Source of the DNA: the human T2T-CHM13v2.0 reference genome, Homo sapiens
Reading direction: 5' to 3' (one strand)
DNA length: 64,000 bases
NCBI RefSeq assembly: GCF_009914755.1
Contig: NC_060947.1
Below, in pieces: positions 56,590 to 64,000 of the stretch (position 1 is the first letter of the stretch; every line of letters starts with the position of its first letter). The notes below the pieces were generated by a model, which did not search any database, was not told the origin of the DNA, and saw only the letters and a program-made list of their open reading frames with translations. The position numbers and the translations under genes were made by a program.

Positions 56590-59500
56590 GAATCTATTTT
56601 TTAATAGCTGTACTAATTCAAATTTCAATCAATAGTGTGCAAGATTTCCCTTTTCTTCACATTCTCACCAACACTTATTCATCTTTTTTTAATAGCCCTT
56701 CTAACAAGTGTGAGGTAATATCTCATTGTGGTTTTAATTTGCTCTTAATTTTGTTTAGCAATGTTGAACAATGTTTTTACATACCTGCTGGTCATTTGCA
56801 TGTCTTCTTTAGAGAAATTTCTATTCAGATTATTTCCTTATTGTTTAATCAGGTTTACATTTTTGCCATTGAGTTGTAGGAGTTCCTTATATGTCTGAAT
56901 ATTAACCCCTTCTCACACCAATGACTTGCAAATATCTTCTCTGATTTTGTAGGTTTCCTTTGCTATGTTTATTGTTTCCCTAGCTGTCCAGAAGATTTTC
57001 AGTTTGATGTAATCCCATTTGTCTATTTTTACTTTTTTGCCTGTGCTTTCGGGGATAGATATTAAAATAATCATTGCCCACTCCAATGTCATGAAACATT
57101 TATCCTATGTTTTCTTCTAATAGTTTTACAGTTTCAGGTCTTACATCTAAGTCTTTCAACCATTTTTAGTTAATTTTTTGTATGGTGTGATATAGGGGCC
57201 TAATTTGATTCTCTGCATGTGAATATCCACTCTTCCCAGCACTATTTCTTACAGAAACTATCTTTTCTCCATTGTGTATTTATAGCAAATTTGTTAAAAA
57301 TCAATGGACTGTAAATGCCTGGATTTATTTGTTGGCTTCCTACTCTATTCCATTCTTCTAGATGTCTTTGTTTATACCAGTACTATGCTGCTTTGGTTGC
57401 TATAGCTTTGTAGTATATTTTTAAGTCAGATAGGGTGTTATCTTTAGCTTTGTTCTTATTGCTCCAGATTGCGTTAGCTATTCAGGGTCATTCGTAGTTT
57501 TAAATTAATTTTAAAATTGTTTTTTCAACTTCTGATAAAAATAGTGTTTATATTTTGATAAGAATTGCATTGAATCTGTAGATAACTTTGGGTAGTATGG
57601 GCATGCTAACAATATTAATTAGTCCTACACACAAACACACAGGATACATTTTCATTTATTTATGCCTGCTTTCATTAATTTCTTCATTGTTTTACAGTTT
57701 CAGTGTGTAGGTCTTTCACCACTTTGCATAAATTTATTTCCAAGTATTTTAATGTTTGTGGCTATTGTAAATGTAATTTGCTTTTTGCTTCTACTATTTA
57801 ATAGTTCAAGGTTAGTGTACAAAAACTCTACTCATCTTTGTATGTTTACTTTACAAACTCCAAATTTACTGAAGTAATTTCTTAGTTTCAACAATTTTAA
57901 TAATTTCGTATAAAATATCATGTCATATTAAAAAGGCAATACTTTAATTTTTTTCTTTTCAATTGAATGTCTTCTATTTCTCCTCCTAATTGCTTTGGCT
58001 ATTACTACCAATATTCAAATAAAAATGTTGAGCGTAGACATCTTTGTCTTTTTTCTGAACTTAAAAGAAATGTTTTTAACTTTTTATCATTGACTATGTT
58101 AACTGTATGTTTGTCATATATGGCCATTATTGTATTGAGGCACATTCCTTCCAAATTTAAATGTTTTAGAGTTTTTATAGGAAGGAATCTTGAACATTTA
58201 ACAAATGCTTTTTCTGCATCAGTTAAGGTGATTATTTTTTGGTCATTATTCCTTAACACATAGTACATCTTATAAATTTGTGTATGTTAGACCATTCTTG
58301 AATCCTTGGGATAAATTTTACTTGATCATGGTAAATTATTCTTTCAATGTGCTGTTGAACTCCATTTACTAGAATTTTGTTGAGAATTTTGGCATCTATG
58401 TTAATCAGGGATATTGAACTGTAACTTTCTTTCCTTATAATGTCACTATCTGGTTTGTGTATCAGGGTCATGCTGGCTTTGCAAAAACAGTTTGGAAGTA
58501 TTCCTGCTTTCTTAATTTTTAGAAAAGTTTGAGAAGGTTTGGTATTAATCTTTCTTTAAATGTTTGGTAGAATTCACCAGTGAAACCACAAAGTCCTGCA
58601 CTTTCTTTGAAGAGACATTTATTACTGATTCAGTTTTTATACTCATTATTGGTCTGTTCAGATTTTCTTTCTTCCAGATTTGGTCTTGGTGGGTTGTACT
58701 GTTTCTCAGAATACAGTCATTTCTTTCAGGTTATCCAATTTTTGTTATATAATTGTCCATACAAAACTCTCATGTTCCTTTTTACTTTTTGTAATATCAG
58801 TTGTAATGTCTTCTTTTTAATTTTTTAATTTACATTTTCTTTCTTTTTATCTTTGTCTACCTAAGATTTTTTTCATCATTTCAAAAAATAAATTCTGCTT
58901 TATTGATTTTTCTATCGTTTTTCTGGTCTTCATTTTATTTATTTATTCTCTGATCTTTATTATTTATTTTTTCAATTAACTTTGGCCTAGTTTGTCTTTC
59001 TCTTTCTGGTTCCTTGAAGTACAATAGCAGGTTGTTTATTTGAGATCTTTCTTCTTTTTCAGTGTAAACATTTGTTGCCATAATCTTTTCTCTTAAAACT
59101 ACTTTTAATGAATCTTATTTGTTTTTGTATATTTCCATTTTATGTTTTCTTAATGCATTTTTAACATTCCTTTAATTTTTTTTTGCCCATTGGCTGTTTT
59201 GCAAGATTATGTTTCAGGGATTTCTATTTGTATTTTATTAAATTCTCTCTGTTACTGATTTCCAGTTTAATATCATCAATATCAGAAAATATACTTGATA
59301 CAATTGCAATATTTTTCAATTAGTTAACATATTTTTACAGGCTAACATTGAATCTATCCTGGAGAATGTTCCATATATTCTTGAAATAAATGTGCATTCT
59401 GCTATTGTAGGATGGAATGTTCTGTATATGTCTATTCCATTTGGTCTACTATTTTGTTTGTTTCTACTGGTATCTTATTTATTTTCTGTCTGAATGATGT

Positions 59501-60790
59501 ATACATTGTTGAAAGTGGGGTATTAAAGTTTTCTACTACTATCATGTCACCATCTGTCTGTCACTTCAGATCTATTAATATTTCCATTATATATTTATGT
59601 GCTCTAATGTTGTACACATGTGTATTTACAATTATTTTATTGTTTTGATGTATAGATCCCTTTATCTTTGTATAATGACTTGCTTTGTTTCTTTTTGCAG
59701 TTTGTGACTTGACTTTAATTTTATCTGACTTCTATTTTATTTGTTTTTCACATTCCTGTTTATTGTTCCCAATCCAGGTGTGTCCTTAAATATGAAGTGA
59801 TTTTTTTTGTAGGCAGAATACAGTAGGGCCTAGTTTTGTTTTGTATTTAATCCATTCAGCCACTCTTTGACTTTTAATTAGAGAATTTAATGCATTTAGA
59901 TTTGTTTATTGATATTTAAAGACTACTACCATTGTGTTAATTATTTATTGTTTGTTTTGTAGATGCTTTATTCCTTTTTTTTCTTTTACTATCTTCTATG
60001 TGATTAGGTGATTTTCCCTAGAAGTATTTTTTGATTTCATATTTTTATCTTCCACATATATAGTACAGGATTGTGCTTTGTGGTTGCTTGAGGTTTCATA
60101 GAACACTTTATAGTAATAATATGCTATTTTAAGCTGATAAAAGCTTAACTTTATTCACAGAAGAAAACCTCAGCAATTCTACTCCATTTCATGACACATT
60201 TTAAGTTTTTTGGTGTTACAATGTACATGTTTATATAGTGTATCCTTTATTGAATTCTTATAGCTATTATTTTTAATAGTTTTGTATTTTAACCTTTATA
60301 CTGAATATAGAAGTGATTTACAAATCACCATTACACTAACAGAATATTTTGAATTTTACTTTATACTTACTTTTCCTTGTGTGTTTTATAATGTTATCTG
60401 TTTTGTGTTTCTAATTAGCATTCTTCTCTTCAGCTTGAAGAATTTTCCTTAGCATTTCTTCTATGATACCTTTGGTGGTACTAAACTCTCTCAGCTACTG
60501 TTTGGGGAAGTCTTTTATTTTATTTATTTCTGGAAAGCTTTGCTTGGTAAAGTATTTTTGGTTGACAGTCTTTTTTTTTCTTTAGTACTTTGACTATATC
60601 ACTCAACTCTCATGGGGCCTGTAATGTTTCTGCTGAGAAGCTTGCCACTATGGTTATTGGAATTTGTACAATATTTACAACTACAAAAATTATTTGTAAT
60701 TTGTTTCTTTTTGTTGTTGCTTTCAGGATTCACTTTGATTTCTGATGGTTTCTTTATGTATTGATATAGTCTTATTTGAGTTGAATCTAA
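56590..60790 (-). mobile_element. Old L1M (L1MA-type) ORF2/ORF1 body lacking its 3' end
   Basis: ORF2 remnants ([16 protein letters not shown]...[11 protein letters not shown]); inter-ORF and ORF1-like sequence to ~60790. Confidence 0.82.
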
Positions 60791-60792
60791 TT

Positions 60793-62140
60793 GTGAGAAA
60801 TCTCCAAACTGCTTTCCACAGCTGGTGAACTAATTTGCATTCCCACTAACAGTGTATAAGCATTCCTTTTTAACCACAGCCTCACCAGCATCTGTTGATT
60901 TTTGACTCTTTAGTAATAGCCATTCTGACAGGTGCAAGATGGCATCTCAATGTGGTTTTGAGTTGCATTTCTCTGATGATTAGAAATGATGAGCATTTTT
61001 TTCATGTGTGTTGGCTGCTTGCATGTCATCTTTTGAGAAGTGTCTGTTCATATCTTTTGTGTATTTTTAATGGAGTTATTTGTGTTTTGCTTATTTGTTT
61101 AAATTCCATATATATTCTGGATATTAGACCTCTGTAAGATGCACAGTTTGTGAGTATTTTCTCCTATTTTTTAGGTTGTCTATTTACTCACCTATTTTTT
61201 AGATTGTCTGTTTACTCAATATATAGTTTCCCTTGCTATGTGGAAACTCATTAGTTTAATTAAGTTCCCCTTGTCAATTTTTGTTTTTGTTGCAATTGGT
61301 TTGGGGGACTTATAAATTAATTATTTGCAAAGGCCAATGCTTAGAAAGGTATTTCCTACTTTGTCTTCTAAGATTCTTATGGTTGCAGGTGTTACACCTA
61401 AATATTTAATACATTTGAGTTAATTTTTGTTTATGGTAAGGGTCTAGTTTCATTCTGCTGCATATAGCTAGCCAGTTAACTGAGCACCATTTGAATAGGG
61501 AGTCCTTTTCCCATTGTTTGTTTTTGTCAGCCTTGTTGAAGATCAGATGGTTGTAAGTGTGTAGGTTTATTTCTGAGTTTTCAGTTCTATTCCATTACTC
61601 AATGTCTCTTTTTGTACCAGAACCATGCTCTTTTGGTTACTATAGCCTTATAGTATAGTATGAAATAAAAGAGTCCGATGCTTATGATTTTGTTCTTTTT
61701 GCTTAGGATTGCTTTGGCTACTTGAGCTCCTTTATGTTACCATATAAATTTTAGAATTGTTATTTTACTAATTCTTGAAGAATGACATTTGTATTTTGTT
61801 ACAAATAGGGTTGAACTTGTACATTGCTTTGGATGGTATGGCCATTTTCATTACATTGATTCTTCTAATCCATGAGCATGAAATGTTTTTCAATTTACTT
61901 CAGTCATCTTTTATTTCTTTCAGCAAGATTTTGTAATTCTCCTTGCATAGGTATTTCACCTTCTTGGTTAAGGCTATTTCTAGGTATTTCATTTTCTTTG
62001 TGGCTATTGTATATGGGATTATACTGTTAATTTGACTCTCAGTCTAAACATTATTTGTGTATACCAATGCTACTAAATTTTTTTCATTGATTTTGTATCC
62101 TAAAACATTATGTTTTTGTTCATTGGTTTTGTATCCTGAT
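60793..62140 (-). mobile_element. L1 (PA16/PB-like) ORF2 3' fragment without a 3'UTR
   Basis: Abrupt start at 'gagaaatctccaaactgctttccacagc'; small tandem duplications at ~61165-61220 and ~62080-62140. Confidence 0.82.
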
Positions 62141-62149
62141 GGATTTTTC

Positions 62150-63340
62150 ATTTCTAATATCCTTACCTTATTGCTGGCTGGTTATTTTATTATTTTTGAC
62201 ATTTTTCTGTGGCATAAATTGTTCCACATATGATTTTATTATATTTTGACCCATTTGCAGGAATAGTTATTTAAACCATTTTTGAAGGTTTTTTTTTTTT
62301 GTGTGTGTGTGTGTGTGTGACCCCAGAAGGACTCATTTTGGCTATCTCATTCCCTGTTTTTTTCTTTTCTTTTGAATTAGCTGGCCAATGGTTTAGCTTT
62401 TTGCTATTAATTCAGATGAGCTATTATTTGTAAGCACATCCTCAGTCTTTAACTTTTCCATATTTTGTTTCAAACAAAGTCAACTCATTTGGGTAAAGTT
62501 GAAAGCTTTTCTGTCTTATGAACTGATTTTTTTCTTCTGGGGAAAGTCACTGAGCTATACACTAAACACTATGCAGAGGAGTAGCCTTTGGCCTTCTTGT
62601 CTCATCTTTTTTTGTGTGTGTAATATCTTCATTACCATTGACCTAGGGTAAGATAAATTAGGTTCGCAGTATTCTCAGCATGCCACCCTTGGGGTAGAGG
62701 AGGTGTGGGTAAGATAGAGAAAGGAAGCCTCTGCCCTATTAAATTCACCAGCTAGTTATTCAGCCTCTTAAAATTGGAATTGAAAGAGATGAGAAGTGAT
62801 GGTTTCCTGGACCTCCAAGTAAGATACTGCATCCCTTGATTGGGACCTGAGATAAGAGGCAGCCCTGTCTGATTTGCCACAGTTACCCACAGTGTGGCTT
62901 TTATCCAGCTGAGCTATGGGAAAGAGGAGAGAAAGATCAGGTCATGGCTCAAGAGCCATAGACTCTTGCTGTTCTTACAGAAGTTTGGTAGAATTGTTTT
63001 TGAATAAATATTTATTCACTTACTAAATTCCTTTAAAATAATATTTAGAGACTATTTAAAAATATCATTTCTATCAATTTTTCTTGTTTCACTGAAGAAT
63101 GAGTACCCAGAACTCCTTATGCTGTTATTACAAAAGGGAAACTCAAAAGTGCTTACTTTTTAATATAGTAGAGTTTATATATTTTTCCTTTATAATCAAT
63201 ATTTTCTCTGTCTTGTTTAATAAACACTTTTTTCTTTCTCTGAGGGCTCAGAAATACTGTATCATGTTATTCTCCAAAATATTTATCATATTATCTTTCA
63301 CATTTAGGAGAAAATACATATGTAATTTATTTTATGCATG
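62150..63340 (-). mobile_element. Probable very old L1M fragments (5' region and ORF2 remnant)
   Basis: Weak resemblance only ('gactcttgctgttcttacagaag...ttgaataaatatt'; 'ttatctttcacatttagg'). Confidence 0.35.
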
Positions 63341-63345
63341 TCATA

Positions 63346-63352
63346 AAATATG

Positions 63353-63399
<47 letters not shown>
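63346..63399. repeat. (TA)n microsatellite
   Basis: About 20 uninterrupted TA units. Confidence 0.95.
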
Positions 63400-63401
<2 letters not shown>

Positions 63402-63822
63402 CTTTATTTTCTGCCTGGGCTAGTACTTAGGTGGTGGCTGTTTTGTGTATGAGGATAGAAAATGAACAAATATATAAAAATTCTGTAAAGTATTATCTTT
63501 CTGATTGAATTCATGAATTTAAGGAACAAATAATTACAATGCTAATTTATTTCTTAGGACAGGTAAAATTATTGTAACCAGTAAAAATAAGATTCTTCTT
63601 TCCTTTGATTTTGAAGGATCTTGAAGAAACATAAATAGCATATGCCAAAATGAGTTTTGAGAAGGACAATTTTGAAAGATTTTAAAAACACTTAAGCAAA
63701 TACTGATTGCATGGCATTTGATGATAACTGGAGAATTTGTGAATAGGATTTCTTTGGAGAGAGTTGAGCTGTGAATTCTATGTTTTCAAAAGGTGAGCTT
63801 GGTGATACTACTATAAACAACT

Positions 63823-64000
63823 TATCTTAGTCCATTTAGGTTGCTACAAATATACCATCATTTGGATGGCTTAAACAACAAACATTTATTTCTCACACTT
63901 CTGGAGAATGAGAAGCCCAAGATTATAGTGCCAGCTTGTTTGAGTTCAAAGGAGGGTTATCTTCTGCGTTCGAGACTATTGACTTCTCCCTGTGTTCTCA
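63823..64000 (-). mobile_element. MLT1-type MaLR LTR, cut by the window end
   Basis: 'tcttagtccatttaggttgcta...ggcttaaacaacaaacatttatttctcacacttctggag...aagcccaagat' is a typical MLT1 end. Confidence 0.8.

Noticed and set aside
54523-56635. Dense overlapping ORFs, possible gene or CpG-island promoter
   Set aside because: L1 5'UTR; CpG-depleted; ORFs on both strands are explained by base composition and the tandem units.

Overview
Primate (human-like) AT-rich non-coding DNA made mostly of transposable-element remnants. It holds about 15 LINE-1 copies of widely different ages (mostly minus strand), 9 Alus, 2 MaLR LTRs (THE1, MLT1), DNA-transposon MITEs (MER44A, MER30) and L2/MIR relics. I find no host protein-coding gene, RNA gene or CRISPR array. 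The ORFs in the track that I can recognise are broken L1 ORF1/ORF2 fragments or Alu read-throughs, and the rest look like chance frames. I cannot support a new biological system here. The interesting content is structural: (i) a candidate ancient L1 3' transduction (12.3-12.9 kb); (ii) several insertions apparently templated from nearby sequence (19.6-20.0, 21.5-21.7 and 52.3 kb) plus template-switch hairpins; (iii) two 5'-inverted (twin-primed) L1s; (iv) a ~16 kb multi-layer nested insertion stack; (v) a ~280-bp tandem periodicity in one L1 5'UTR; (vi) a ~4 kb largely repeat-free island with an enhancer-like motif cluster. Subfamily names come from recalled consensus features, not from a RepeatMasker/Dfam run. 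Boundaries without a target-site duplication (TSD) are approximate.
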